Notes: generated by a model from the sequence alone, not told the origin. Counted from the stretch's first letter, positions 20,229-30,806 are shown. The stretch is 64,000 nt of DNA from Desulfovibrio sp. (GCF_035644575.1 NZ_DASQOG010000210.1:10363-74362); one strand, 5' to 3'. Numbers and translations: made by a program.

Positions 20229-21191
20229 TTAGTTTGAACCAACAAGTTCCGCACTGCAAGGGAGCGGAAAGTCACCTTCCAGTGGCATGTCCGGCAGATT
20301 CAATATCTGTTGGGCTACAGCGGGCATAATCGTGTCCGGCCATGGAATAATATCGTAAATTTCTCCAACTGCTGCTACTGGATATGTAGAAATATTTCCG
20401 CTGTCAGCAAGATGAAAAAGAACCATTCCTCCCCCACCGTCCTGCTGGCTGTGGCGGCGTGAGCTGCCTCCCAATATCCAGCCGTCTCTCACCCGCAAGC
20501 AACCTCTCAAAAAATGAGATGCTGTGACGTGCCAGCTTTCTGCTAGTTGCAAAACTCCGTTTTCTGCCTCACTCAATCTATAGAACATCCCTGTTGACGA
20601 TGAGCAGCAGTAGATATCCCCATTGTGCTGTGCAAGAGAATGGGGGCAATTCAGCCCAGAGCCTACAACTTTAGTGATGGTCTGCCTGTTGTGACGGCGC
20701 ATGTAAAAAAGCACACCCAGACCTTCACTTTGCCAAGTAGGACAAGTCTTTTTCCATATATTAAAGGGCTGATGAGAAAATGCAGAAGCCAACAGTCCGT
20801 CTTTCCACTCAATCATATCGTTAAGATGGATAGCATCCTGCACACGCGAACTCCAGCACTCCAACGGATCATAACTCATGATCAGCCTATCATCTGCATA
20901 GATGAGAACGCGTGAGTTGCCTGTATCTGCGACTCCAATTCCATTTTGACCAAAAGATTTTATGCTGTGTGCATAATTATCGTGAGGCCCAGGTAAACTA
21001 ACCTCACGCAAGCCATTTTCCCCTATAGATTTTATGCTGTTGTCTGTAGCAATCCAGAGCCCATCCTGAGCGGCGTGGATCCCACAAACACGCATCCGAT
21101 TGCCCGGGCAATACCAGAAAGGAGTTTTATTCTCGAGATCAAACCCTACAAGTGATACGCTGCTATTAACGCATCCTAGCAATATTTTCAT
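20229..21191 (-). CDS. Beta-propeller hypothetical protein (DUF4915/TIGR03032-like)
   Basis: 320 aa with HLND and NCPHSL motifs resembling the family found in glycosylation islands. By-eye match only. Confidence 0.45.
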   Translation of the reverse strand: MKILLGCVNSSVSLVGFDLENKTPFWYCPGNRMRVCGIHAAQDGLWIATDNSIKSIGENGLREVSLPGPHDNYAHSIKSFGQNGIGVADTGNSRVLIYADDRLIMSYDPLECWSSRVQDAIHLNDMIEWKDGLLASAFSHQPFNIWKKTCPTWQSEGLGVLFYMRRHNRQTITKVVGSGLNCPHSLAQHNGDIYCCSSSTGMFYRLSEAENGVLQLAESWHVTASHFLRGCLRVRDGWILGGSSRRHSQQDGGGGMVLFHLADSGNISTYPVAAVGEIYDIIPWPDTIMPAVAQQILNLPDMPLEGDFPLPCSAELVGSN

Positions 21192-21741
21192 TTAGCCTCC
21201 CGGAGTAGAGCGGACGAAAAAATAATTCATGCAAACTTTAGCAAAAGAGATTTTGCAGTTGAGTGCCCCAGAATACTTAGTGAATTTTTTAGGCAAATCT
21301 TCAACGACTTGAAACGTACACATTTTTTGTACCAGTTGGAAGTTTATAATCACGTCTCGATTCTACTGCAAGATTGTTAGAAATGGCCTCACCTCTGGAC
21401 CAGTCACCGGCAAAACTCGAGTGGATAGATTGACTATGCCGCCTCTCAGGGTAAGCCAGATGCATCCTCTCTGATTGAACTGCCGATATTTCTCCATCAG
21501 CTTTCTTCCGCAAAGGTCTTGTGTGGACACACCAGTCAGGCCAGCAGCTCGCAACCTGCGACCGCAATCACGTCCTTTTTTTCCGCAAATATTGCAGCCA
21601 GCAACGCTGACGGTCTTTGGCTCCCAGCTACCTCCCCCCACCGCTATTTCATTGTCATCCCTGCGTTGACGCGAATTGTCGAGCTTTTTTCAGACTGGCA
21701 TTGACATTCTTTTTCAATTTAATTAATTGAAGTTAACAGAA

Positions 21742-21760
21742 TTAGTTTAGACTAACTTTT
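21742..21760 (+). promoter_or_regulatory. DtxR/MntR-like operator upstream of the heme operon
   Basis: TTAGTTTAGACTAACTTTT matches 14/19 of the DtxR consensus TTAGGTTAGCCTAACCTAA. TTGACA at 21701. Confidence 0.55.
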
Positions 21761-21781
21761 ATTTGCAATCGAGGAACGTAG

Positions 21782-23200
21782 ATGCAGCCCCAGCCTAACC
21801 AGAAAATTTACGAAATGCCCGATCCGGGCAAGGTATCGGCGGCGTCAGGGCGCGCGCCCAAAGACCTCTCCGCTTTTTTTGCCAAAGAAGGCGTATGCGC
21901 CCTCTCGCACGCCTTTGACGCCAAAATCGCCATGCACCCCGGAACTGGCGGCAGCATGATTGAGCCGGAAAGCATGCAGAGTCATATGGATCTGCTTTTG
22001 GCCTCGCCCCTCAAGGGCAAAACAGTGGCCTACATCCATGTGCCCTTTTGCCAGACGCACTGCCTGTACTGTGGCTTTTACAACAAGGCCTATCACGAAA
22101 GTGACAGCCGCCTGTATGCCGATGCCCTGCTGGCGGAGCTGCAAATGTGGCGAGAGCGCAAGGCCGTACAGAGCACGCCAGTTCACGCCGTGTATTTTGG
22201 CGGCGGCACCCCCACCGCCCTTGAAGCGGAAGACCTTAAGCGCATTCTTGAAGGAGTGCGCGAGGCGTTGCCGCTGGCCAACGACTGCGAAATCACGGTT
22301 GAAGGCAGGCTCACCAATTTCGGGCCTCGCAAAATGGAAGCCTGCCTTGAAGGCGGCGCAAACCGCTTTTCGCTGGGCGTGCAGAGCTTCCATACCTCCA
22401 TCCGGCAGTCCATGGGGCGGCTGGGATCGCGCGAAGACATGGAGCGCGGCCTTGAGCAGCTTTTGAGCTACGATCAGGCCGCCGTCATTGTTGACCTTAT
22501 TTACGGTTTCCCCAATCAGACTCTGGAACTCTGGCGCGAAGACATTGCCGTTGCGCAATCTCTCAACCTTGACGGGGCGGACTGCTACCAGCTCAACGTA
22601 TACCGCCAGACCCCGCTCGGGCGCGGCATAGAACAGGGCAAAATCGCCCCCACGGCGGATATTCCCCTTCAGTCGGCCATGTACGCAGCAGCGGTGGAAG
22701 AAATGGAAGGGGCCTTCTACCGCCGTCTTTCCCTCAGCCATTGGGCGCGTACCTCGCGCGAGCGCAACCTTTACAATCTGTACGTCAAGGCTTCGGCCAA
22801 CTGCCTTGCTTTCGGCCCCGGTGCCGGGGGCAATCTGGGTGGGCACTTTTACATGAATAACAGCAACTACGCAGAATGGCAGCAGGATGTTCGTGACGGA
22901 CGCAAACCCTTGGCCTTTGTGCAAAGCCCCCAGCGCCACTACTTCCTCTACAGGTCGGTTGCCGAGTGTATGGAGCAGGGCTGGATGGATGTAAAAGGCC
23001 TTGAGCGTCGTTTTGCCCTGCCTCTTGGTCAAATATGGGAGCCAGTGCTTGCCCAGTGGCAACGCGCCCAACTGCTTGAATGGCATGATGGCCGGGTGGT
23101 GCTCACCCTGGCCGGACAATTCTGGCAGGTAAACCTCACACAACTTTTACTCAATTTTCTCAAGGCGATGCTGGAGGAAAAGAATGTCGCTGCTGCGTAA
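21782..23200 (+). CDS. hutW: Heme anaerobic degradation radical SAM methyltransferase (ChuW/HutW)
   Basis: YIHVPFCQTHCLYCGF (CxxxCxxC), GGGTPT and HWAR..RERNLYN; located next to hutX and a TonB-dependent receptor. Confidence 0.85.
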   Translation: MQPQPNQKIYEMPDPGKVSAASGRAPKDLSAFFAKEGVCALSHAFDAKIAMHPGTGGSMIEPESMQSHMDLLLASPLKGKTVAYIHVPFCQTHCLYCGFYNKAYHESDSRLYADALLAELQMWRERKAVQSTPVHAVYFGGGTPTALEAEDLKRILEGVREALPLANDCEITVEGRLTNFGPRKMEACLEGGANRFSLGVQSFHTSIRQSMGRLGSREDMERGLEQLLSYDQAAVIVDLIYGFPNQTLELWREDIAVAQSLNLDGADCYQLNVYRQTPLGRGIEQGKIAPTADIPLQSAMYAAAVEEMEGAFYRRLSLSHWARTSRERNLYNLYVKASANCLAFGPGAGGNLGGHFYMNNSNYAEWQQDVRDGRKPLAFVQSPQRHYFLYRSVAECMEQGWMDVKGLERRFALPLGQIWEPVLAQWQRAQLLEWHDGRVVLTLAGQFWQVNLTQLLLNFLKAMLEEKNVAAA

Positions 23201-25292
23201 ACTCAACGCCCAGGCCCTGCCCTTGGGCCTTGCCGGGCTGCTGCTCTGGGGAGCACCGGCCACGGCACAGACCCTTGAGACGGAAACCGTCAAGGTTTCT
23301 GCCTCAAGAGTGGAAAAGGAACTGCTCGACGTGCCCATGTCGGTCAGCGTTGTCACCAAGGAACAGATCAAGGAATCAACAGCGACAACTGTCGGCGGCC
23401 TTCTGGAAGACGTGCCCGGCGTGCAGGTCGTCAATTCGGGCGCGCAGGGGCTGAAGCGCATATCCCTGCGCGGTGAAAACCCCACCCGCGTGCTTATTCT
23501 CATCGATGGGCAAAAAATTGCCGAAAACAAGTCCATGGACGGCACGCCCCTGCTCGTTGACCCGGCGATCATTGAGCGCATTGAGGTCATCAAGGGGCCA
23601 GCTTCGGTGCTCTACGGCTCCGAAGCGCTGGGTGGCGTTGTAAACATCATCACCAAGAAGGGCGGCACCAAGCCCATACAAGGGCAGATAACCAGCAGCT
23701 ACAACGGCTCGACCAAGGGCTTTGACGAGAGCCTGTCCATCTACGGCGCGTACAAGGGGTTCAAATACCGCGCCACGGGGTTCAACACCTATCAGCACAA
23801 CCTTTCCACGCCTGAAGGCGAGGCCCCGCATTCAAAATTCAAGGAGCAGTCAGGTTCCGCATTCCTGAGCTACGACTTCAGCGACAAATTCACCATGGGC
23901 GGATCCTACGAGCAGTTTTACAGCGATGTCATGGCCGGAACCACGGAAGACAATTCGTTCTACGTTGATATCTCCCCCTGGGAGCGCAAAAAAGCCGCCG
24001 TCTTCATGGAGGCCAGGAACCTCACGTCCTTCCTGCCCAAGCTCCGGCTGGACGCCTTTTGGCAAGACACCCACAAAAAGATGCTCAACCATGTGGAGGC
24101 CAAGTCCGGCACGACCTCCGTGCTGATGAACAACTACGCGGACAACACCAACGAGCAATGGGGCGCGAGCATGCAGAGCGACTGGGCTCTGGGCGAAAGC
24201 AACTACCTCATTGCCGGCTATGAATTCAACCGCGACGGGCTGGATGCCGACACCAATACCTATTCCAACATGTCCATTCCCATAAACGCCTTCATGACCA
24301 GAAAAATCAATTCCCTCACGCACTACAAGTATGAAGGCTACATGGACACGCATGCCGTGTACGGCCTCATGGAGACCAAGCTGCCGTGGGACTTCACCCT
24401 CAACTACGGCGTGCGCCAAACCTGGGTGCGCTCAACCATGAACACAGCGCGCGGCGACAAAACCACCACATCCCAGATGATGGGGCCGCCTACCACCGCG
24501 TATTCCAATCCCAGTGCTGGCGGCGAGGGCAGCTCATGGGAATCGCAGCCGGTATTCAACCTTTCGCTCATGTGGCAGGGCATTGACGACATGACCTTGC
24601 GGGCCGGTTTTTCGCAGGGGTTCAGGGTGCCCAACCTGCAGGAGAAATATATCATCTCCAGCATGGGCGGCGGCACGGTTGAACCCAACGCATCGCTCAA
24701 ACCCGAGCACTCCAACAATTGGGAAGTGGGCGCTCGCTACGCGGCTCACGGGCTGGCCCTTGATGCGTCGCTTTTCTACACCGTGGCTACGGACTACATT
24801 GCCACCGAACAGATCGGCAACAATACCTACCGCTACCGCAACGTCAGCACGGCCAAAACCCACGGCATGGAACTGAGCGGCAGCTATGACCTGCCCTTCG
24901 GCTTCACCCCCTACGTTTCCGCCACATGGATGAAACGCCAGTATGACAACGGCGACTACACCACGTGGAAAACCGGCGTGCCGGAATGGACAGGCCGGGC
25001 AGGCGTGCGCTCGCTCCACTCCGTCACCGACGACGTGGACATCATCGGCGATGTTTACGCCCGCTTTGCCAGCCAGACCCAGACCGAAAGCGGCTCCAGC
25101 CGTATTGAATACAAAAACGATGCGTGGACAACGGCCAACGCCATGCTGGGCGTAAAATTCGGCAAAGAAAAGCAGTACATGGTTGTGGGCGAAGTGCTTA
25201 ACATTTTTAACCAAAAATACAGTCTTGAACCCAATGCCGCCATTTACGAACCAGGGGTTCACGCCAACATCAAGGTGAGTGTGGAATTTTAA
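23184..25292 (+). CDS. TonB-dependent outer-membrane receptor (probably heme)
   Basis: Signal peptide, plug motif IERIEVIKGPASVLYGSEALGGVVNIITK, and C-terminal Phe. Confidence 0.9.
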   Translation: MSLLRKLNAQALPLGLAGLLLWGAPATAQTLETETVKVSASRVEKELLDVPMSVSVVTKEQIKESTATTVGGLLEDVPGVQVVNSGAQGLKRISLRGENPTRVLILIDGQKIAENKSMDGTPLLVDPAIIERIEVIKGPASVLYGSEALGGVVNIITKKGGTKPIQGQITSSYNGSTKGFDESLSIYGAYKGFKYRATGFNTYQHNLSTPEGEAPHSKFKEQSGSAFLSYDFSDKFTMGGSYEQFYSDVMAGTTEDNSFYVDISPWERKKAAVFMEARNLTSFLPKLRLDAFWQDTHKKMLNHVEAKSGTTSVLMNNYADNTNEQWGASMQSDWALGESNYLIAGYEFNRDGLDADTNTYSNMSIPINAFMTRKINSLTHYKYEGYMDTHAVYGLMETKLPWDFTLNYGVRQTWVRSTMNTARGDKTTTSQMMGPPTTAYSNPSAGGEGSSWESQPVFNLSLMWQGIDDMTLRAGFSQGFRVPNLQEKYIISSMGGGTVEPNASLKPEHSNNWEVGARYAAHGLALDASLFYTVATDYIATEQIGNNTYRYRNVSTAKTHGMELSGSYDLPFGFTPYVSATWMKRQYDNGDYTTWKTGVPEWTGRAGVRSLHSVTDDVDIIGDVYARFASQTQTESGSSRIEYKNDAWTTANAMLGVKFGKEKQYMVVGEVLNIFNQKYSLEPNAAIYEPGVHANIKVSVEF

Positions 25293-25368
25293 ATCAGGTA
25301 TCTGCCCTTGTATTGATATTGAATTTCGTATTCATTTTCTATACAAGGGCAGATATTGGAGTTACATC

Positions 25369-25914
25369 ATGAGTGAACTGGTCCATCGATACTGGAGTGC
25401 CCACGAGCTCGTTGTCATTGGGGTTTTTGCAGCTGCGGCCAAGGTTTCCACGCTGCTGGTAGCTCTGGCCGGGGGTGGCATGAATCCGGTTTCGCTGCTG
25501 CTGAAAAACCTGATCTACACGACCCTGCTGGTGGTAATGCTCTACAGGGTGCGCAAGGCAGGAACCTTGCTGCTGTTCTCTCTGGTGAGCATGCTCGTGA
25601 GCGCCCTGCTGCTGGGGGCCAGCATCACCCTGCTGCCCGCGATCTTGCTGGGCGCTCTCATGGCCGAGGCCATTGTCGCCCTTTGCGGCGGTTACGGCCG
25701 GGCATGGGGGCCGGTGCTGGCGGTGGGCATGTTCGACATTGCGAGCAGGGTCTGTTCGCTGGGGATTTCCTGGTTGTTCATGCGTGAAAACCCTTCCCTG
25801 CTCATGGCGGCGGTGCCGGTGGTCATACTGGGTTATCTGGGGGCGGCGGCGGGCCTGTTTACCGGGTACAACGCTGTAAAGGAGCTGCGCCATGCGGGCA
25901 TTGTTCGACAGTAA
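25369..25914 (+). CDS. ECF transporter S component (MptD-like)
   Basis: Hydrophobic protein of about 181 aa directly upstream of ECF T and A genes. Start at ATG 25369. Confidence 0.7.
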   Translation: MSELVHRYWSAHELVVIGVFAAAAKVSTLLVALAGGGMNPVSLLLKNLIYTTLLVVMLYRVRKAGTLLLFSLVSMLVSALLLGASITLLPAILLGALMAEAIVALCGGYGRAWGPVLAVGMFDIASRVCSLGISWLFMRENPSLLMAAVPVVILGYLGAAAGLFTGYNAVKELRHAGIVRQ

Positions 25915-26671
25915 CGCGGCAGACCCCGCAGGCTGGCTGCCCAAGGTGGACGCGCGCGCAAAGCTGGCCCTGAGCGTGGTGGCGGCAATCGGCTCCCTGG
26001 TTGTTTCAAACATTCAGGGGCAGTTGCTGCTCTGCGGATTTTCCATGTGCTACGCGCTTTCTCTGCGCAGGCCCAAGGCGCTGCTCTGGGCATATGCTTT
26101 CTTTACCCTCATGTGCGGCATGGCAATGGGCTGCATGTGGATCATGGGGCAGTTCATGCCGTCGCTCAACAAAGCCGGATTTACAGGGCTTGTTGTTCCC
26201 TTTTTGCGCATGCTCACCATGCTGCACGTGGTTTTGCCCATGGCGCTCTCCACCCGTGTGCAGGATCTGCTCAACGCCTTGCGCGGCATGCGGCTGCCAT
26301 TCTGCATCTATCTGCCCGCGGCGGTTGTGGTGCGCTTTATCCCCACCTTTCTGGCCGATGTGCAGCAGGTCACGGAATCGCTGCGGCTTCGGGGCTACAG
26401 ACTTTCACCATGGGGTATTACCCGCCATCCGGTGCAGAGCATGCGCTTGCTGTTCACTCCCCTGCTGTTCCGCTCGCTGCGCACATCAGAAGACCTTGGC
26501 ATCGCGGCAGAACTCAAGGGACTGGGCTACGGCAAAACCATGACCCCCTATAAGACCTGCCATTGGGCCCTGCGCGACACCCTGCTGCTGATTGCGGCCT
26601 GTGCGGCGCTGGCGGCGGCTCTGGCGCTGCAAATGCATCTGGGCGGAACCAGCCTTGGAGGAATGCGCTGA
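25892..26671 (+). CDS. ECF transporter T component (CbiQ/EcfT)
   Basis: VDARAKL, RFIPTF..V.ESLRLRG and AAELKG motifs. Confidence 0.85.
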   Translation: MRALFDSNAADPAGWLPKVDARAKLALSVVAAIGSLVVSNIQGQLLLCGFSMCYALSLRRPKALLWAYAFFTLMCGMAMGCMWIMGQFMPSLNKAGFTGLVVPFLRMLTMLHVVLPMALSTRVQDLLNALRGMRLPFCIYLPAAVVVRFIPTFLADVQQVTESLRLRGYRLSPWGITRHPVQSMRLLFTPLLFRSLRTSEDLGIAAELKGLGYGKTMTPYKTCHWALRDTLLLIAACAALAAALALQMHLGGTSLGGMR

Positions 26672-28170
26672 TGCTGCGTTGTGAAAACGTCACCTACACC
26701 TATCCGCACCAGCAAAGCCCTGCCGTGCGCGACCTCAGCCTGAGCGTAAAGCCGGGTGAACTTGTGCTCTGCACCGGCGCAAGCGGATGCGGCAAATCCA
26801 CGCTTATCCGGCTGCTCAACGGCCTGTGCCCCCATTACTTCAGCGGTACGCTGCAAGGCCGGGTGCTGGTCAACGGCTCGCCAACCACGGAGCAGACCCC
26901 GCCCCAGCTTGCCCGGCAGGCCGGAACCCTGTTTCAGGATCCAGAGCAGCAGTTTTTTGCCCTCAATGTTGAAGACGAACTCTCGTTTGCCCTGGAATGG
27001 CAAGGCCTTGGCATTGAAAGCATGCGTCATGCCGTTGCCGGGGCCGTCAGGCAGTTTGGCCTGGAGGAAATTTGCCGGTCATCCATACATCAGCTCTCTG
27101 AAGGCCAAAAGCAGAAGGTCGGCCTTGCCTCCCTGTGGACCCAGCGCCCGCAGGCTCTTGTGCTGGACGAACCCACAGCCAACCTCGATCCGGAATCCAC
27201 GGCCGAACTGGCCCTCAAGCTGGCCCAGCTCAAGGAGCGCGGCATGGCGATTCTGGTGGTTGACCACAGGCTCTACTGGCTGGCCGATGTGGTGGACAGG
27301 GTTGTTGTGATGCGCGAGGGGCGCATTGAGGCGGAGGGGGACTTTGCCATGCTGCACGATGCGGAACTGCGGCGGCGCTTCGGCCTGCGCGAGGCCCGCG
27401 TTCCCGATGCGCGCCGCACCCTGCCCGGCTGCACCAGCGCGCACGGGCTGATACAGGCCCGCGACCTCACCTATGCGCACAAGGGACGCAAGCCCCTCTA
27501 CGAAGGCGTCAATTTTGACCTGCCCGGCGGCGTCACTGCCATCATCGGGCACAATGGCGCGGGCAAAACCACTTTGGCCCGGATTCTTGCTGGCCTCGAC
27601 CAGCAGCAGAACGGCCAAATCCTCATTCGCGACCAACCGTGCGATGCAAAACAGCGTATGCGCCATAGCGGCCTGGTGTTGCAGAATGCCGATCATCAAC
27701 TGCACATGCGCACCGTGGAGCAGGAGGTGCAGACCTGTCTGGAACTGGCAGGGCAAAAAGATCCCGACCATGTGCGCATGCTGCTTGAAGAATTCGGCCT
27801 GCTAAAACTGGCTGGGCGGCATCCTCAGTCGCTTTCCGGCGGGGAGAAACAGCGTCTGGTCGTTGCCTGCGCTCTGGCAAAACGCCCTTCCCTGCTCATT
27901 CTGGACGAACCCACCAGCGGCCTTGACGGGGCCAACATGAACAGGCTTGCAGCCGCCATTGAACGACAGGCCCATCAGGAACGCAGCGTGCTGCTCATCA
28001 CGCACGATCTGGAGCTGCTGGCGGGCATGGGGCGGCAGGCGCTGCGCTTGCCGCTGGTCAGCCCCCGGCACATCGAAACCCCGCAGACGGAGATTCCCGC
28101 CCACGAGCAGAGCGGCAAGATCACGGATATCACCGCCCAACACAAAAACTCCACCGCTCAGGCGGTGTAA
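26671..28170 (+). CDS. ECF transporter ATPase with two ABC domains
   Basis: GASGCGKST, LSEGQKQ, GHNGAGKTT and LSGGEKQ. The ATG at 26671 overlaps the upstream TGA. Confidence 0.9.
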   Translation: MLRCENVTYTYPHQQSPAVRDLSLSVKPGELVLCTGASGCGKSTLIRLLNGLCPHYFSGTLQGRVLVNGSPTTEQTPPQLARQAGTLFQDPEQQFFALNVEDELSFALEWQGLGIESMRHAVAGAVRQFGLEEICRSSIHQLSEGQKQKVGLASLWTQRPQALVLDEPTANLDPESTAELALKLAQLKERGMAILVVDHRLYWLADVVDRVVVMREGRIEAEGDFAMLHDAELRRRFGLREARVPDARRTLPGCTSAHGLIQARDLTYAHKGRKPLYEGVNFDLPGGVTAIIGHNGAGKTTLARILAGLDQQQNGQILIRDQPCDAKQRMRHSGLVLQNADHQLHMRTVEQEVQTCLELAGQKDPDHVRMLLEEFGLLKLAGRHPQSLSGGEKQRLVVACALAKRPSLLILDEPTSGLDGANMNRLAAAIERQAHQERSVLLITHDLELLAGMGRQALRLPLVSPRHIETPQTEIPAHEQSGKITDITAQHKNSTAQAV

Positions 28171-28181
28171 AGGAAGCTGCC

Positions 28182-28706
28182 ATGACAACGGCAAACGGCA
28201 ATACACTGGCAGACAAGGTAGCGGCCCTGCTGACCGAGAAAAAAATGGTCATGCTGGACACGCTGGCGCAGACCTGCGGCGTCAGCGAACTTCAGGCGGC
28301 AGAAGCTCTGCCCCAACCCATGCGGGCCTTTGCCGCAGCGGCGGACTTTGACGCCATATGGGCCGACATTACAGCCTGGGAATCCGCCACGTTCATCATG
28401 CGCCATGGCGGCAGCGTTGTGGAGATCAAGGGGCAGATTCCTGCGGGCAAGCACGGAGGCGGCTATTTCAACCTTGATCACGGCTGCCCTCTGGGCGGGC
28501 ACATTTGCAGCAGCAACATTGCCCGCATGGCTTTTTTGTCCCTGCCCTTCATGGGGCTGGAAAGTCACAGCATCCAGTTTTTTGATGCAGCGGGCGCGGT
28601 TGTGTTTTCCATCTATGTGGGGCGCGAAAACCGCGCGCTCATCCCCTCGGTCAAAGAACGCTTTCTGGCGCTGCGCGCGGCGCTGGGCAAGGAGAATGTG
28701 CAATGA
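28182..28706 (+). CDS. hutX: Heme utilization cytosolic carrier (HutX/ChuX)
   Basis: GGGYFNL...GGHI...SHSIQFF..G..VFSIYVGRE motifs. Confidence 0.85.
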   Translation: MTTANGNTLADKVAALLTEKKMVMLDTLAQTCGVSELQAAEALPQPMRAFAAAADFDAIWADITAWESATFIMRHGGSVVEIKGQIPAGKHGGGYFNLDHGCPLGGHICSSNIARMAFLSLPFMGLESHSIQFFDAAGAVVFSIYVGRENRALIPSVKERFLALRAALGKENVQ

Positions 28707-29212
28707 AAACTCTGGTGGTCTACTCCTCCCGCACTGGCAATACGGAAACAGTGGCCCGTGCCGTGGCTGAGGGCCTGCACAACTGCGATATTTACCCTGT
28801 AAAGGATGCCCCGAACCCCAGCGGCTATGACTTTGTGGCCGTGGGCTACTGGGTGGACAAAGGTATGCCCGATGCCGATGCCAAACGGTATCTTGAGAGC
28901 ATCGAAAACAGCACTGTGGCCCTGTTCGGCACCCTTGGGGCCTGGCCGGACTCGGAACACGCCGCAGATTGCAAAAAAAAGGGAGAAGACCTGCTCAACG
29001 AGCCGCAACGCGGCAACAGGGTACTTGGATCCTTCCTGTGTCAGGGCCGCGTTGACCCGGCGGTGGTGGCCATGATGCAGAAAATGGCCGACAACGCGCA
29101 CCCCATGACGGACGAACGCCGCGCCCGCCTTGAAGAAGCCGCCAGGCATCCCGATGAGGAAGACTGCCGACAGGCGCGGGAATACATCACGGCCCTTGCT
29201 GCCACGGTATAA
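28703..29212 (+). CDS. Flavodoxin family protein
   Basis: VVYSSRTGNTETVA, GYWVDKG and CQG motifs. Confidence 0.85.
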   Translation: MKTLVVYSSRTGNTETVARAVAEGLHNCDIYPVKDAPNPSGYDFVAVGYWVDKGMPDADAKRYLESIENSTVALFGTLGAWPDSEHAADCKKKGEDLLNEPQRGNRVLGSFLCQGRVDPAVVAMMQKMADNAHPMTDERRARLEEAARHPDEEDCRQAREYITALAATV

Positions 29213-29285
29213 CAGAACAGGCCCGCCTGCGGCGGTGCCGCAAAGCCCTGCCGCAGGCGACCTTGCCCGCATGGAGGCCAACATC

Positions 29286-30110
29286 ATGAAAAAACTCTCA
29301 GTCTTGCCCGGTCGTTGTTCAGGATCAACCATGGCTTCGCTGACGTTGCACGGCGGCCTTATCGCCCTTGCCCTGCTGCTGGGTGGGCAGGCCTCCTTGC
29401 CGCAGGAAAAGGTCTATCAGGTGTCGCTTGCGCAGATGGCAGCCAGCGTTCGCCCCGCTGCGGCCCCGGGCCTGCCGGATGGGGGCGCGGCAGCTCCGGC
29501 GAGGGCTATCACGCCGCAAGAGGTGATAAAGCCGCAGGAAAAGCAGCTTCAGCCGCCGCAGCCTGTGAACACCATGGCGCAGGCGTCTGAAAAAATTATT
29601 TCGCCAGTCAAAAAGAAGACCAGCACGAGCAAGCCCCCGCAACAGGCCATACAGCGGGATGTACAGCGGGCCGCATCGGTCAAACCTGTACATACCACCG
29701 CCGTGCAGACGCCGCAGCAAAACGCCGCAGAGGCTGCCCCCGGTGCAGGTGCTGAGGCGCAGGCCAGGGGCGTTGCAGGCGGCAAGGGAACCGCAGGGCA
29801 TGGAAAAAACGGCGCGGAATCAGGCGGCGCAGCCAGCCCAAGCGTGCTGCACAAATTGCTGGGGGCCATAGAACAGTATAAAAACTACCCCAAGCACGCA
29901 CGGCGCACCGGAGCCGAGGGCACAGCCATTCTGCTGGTGCAGGTGGGCAACGATGGCAAGGTCACTGGTTCCTCGCTGCACAAGGGCAGCGGCCACGGCG
30001 TGCTGGATTCGGCTACGGAGCAGTTGGGTACAAGGCTTGCAGGTCTGGATACCGGAGTTCGCGGCAGCAGCTTTAGCGTGCGGGTGCCGGTGGAATACTC
30101 GCTCCACTAG
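29286..30110 (+). CDS. tonB: Energy transducer TonB
   Basis: N-terminal TM helix (SLTLHGG), Pro/Ala/Gln-rich linker, C-terminal YPKHARRTGAEG..SSG..LD..A. Start uncertain. Confidence 0.8.
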   Translation: MKKLSVLPGRCSGSTMASLTLHGGLIALALLLGGQASLPQEKVYQVSLAQMAASVRPAAAPGLPDGGAAAPARAITPQEVIKPQEKQLQPPQPVNTMAQASEKIISPVKKKTSTSKPPQQAIQRDVQRAASVKPVHTTAVQTPQQNAAEAAPGAGAEAQARGVAGGKGTAGHGKNGAESGGAASPSVLHKLLGAIEQYKNYPKHARRTGAEGTAILLVQVGNDGKVTGSSLHKGSGHGVLDSATEQLGTRLAGLDTGVRGSSFSVRVPVEYSLH

Positions 30111-30213
30111 AGCGGGTTGACCGAGAGTGCCCCAGCATGCGCTGATGGTGCGAAAATCCGCCCTGCAGACGCTTGCAGGATGCCTGTACGGCGCACCGAT
30201 TTTGGGCTGCCGG

Positions 30214-30732
30214 TCAGTCTTTTACAAACTCTTTGCGATGCACGATTGCTGGCGGAGCCTTGGGGCTTGCCGCATGTTGCTTTGTGGCGTGCTCTTCGCG
30301 CAGGGCTTCGGTTTTTTGCTGCCAATGCTCCCACTCGCTCTGTGTATGGTGCATGTACAGCACAAACTGCCGCCAGCGCAGCATCACATCCTCAGGAATG
30401 ACGTGCTCCAGCTCACAGGCCACGCTTGCGGCTCTTTCCTCTGAAAGTTGCAGTACATTCTGAAAAAAGTCTTTCAGCACCATGTTGCGGTGCGCCAGTT
30501 CCTGCCCGGCACGAAGCCCTTTTTCGGTCAGATTTACAAGGCTGTATGGGGCGTAGGTCACGTAGCCGCGCTTTGCCAGCTCGCGCAGGGCGTTGGTTAC
30601 AGAGGGGCGGGCAACTCCGGCGGCATCGGCAATGTCGCTGGGCCTACAGGCCCCGGCGGCAAATTCCTGCCTGAAAATAATGGCGAGATAATTTTCCAGC
30701 GCTGGCGAAAGCTGCTTTTCGTCTTCGGGCAT
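30214..30732 (-). CDS. DtxR/MntR-family metal-dependent repressor
   Basis: ENYL..I...SDIA...V.RPSVT.AL and ACELEH metal-site motif. Confidence 0.9.
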   Translation of the reverse strand: MPEDEKQLSPALENYLAIIFRQEFAAGACRPSDIADAAGVARPSVTNALRELAKRGYVTYAPYSLVNLTEKGLRAGQELAHRNMVLKDFFQNVLQLSEERAASVACELEHVIPEDVMLRWRQFVLYMHHTQSEWEHWQQKTEALREEHATKQHAASPKAPPAIVHRKEFVKD

Positions 30733-30806
30733 TGGGGGCGGCTCCTTGATATACCTCTGTCTAACATTCTTTGAATGCTGTTAACTTGTAGGGTATATCA
30801 AAGAGA

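Noticed and set aside
21301-21704. Short overlapping ORFs between the propeller gene and hutW
   Set aside because: No recognisable product; more likely divergent promoter DNA.
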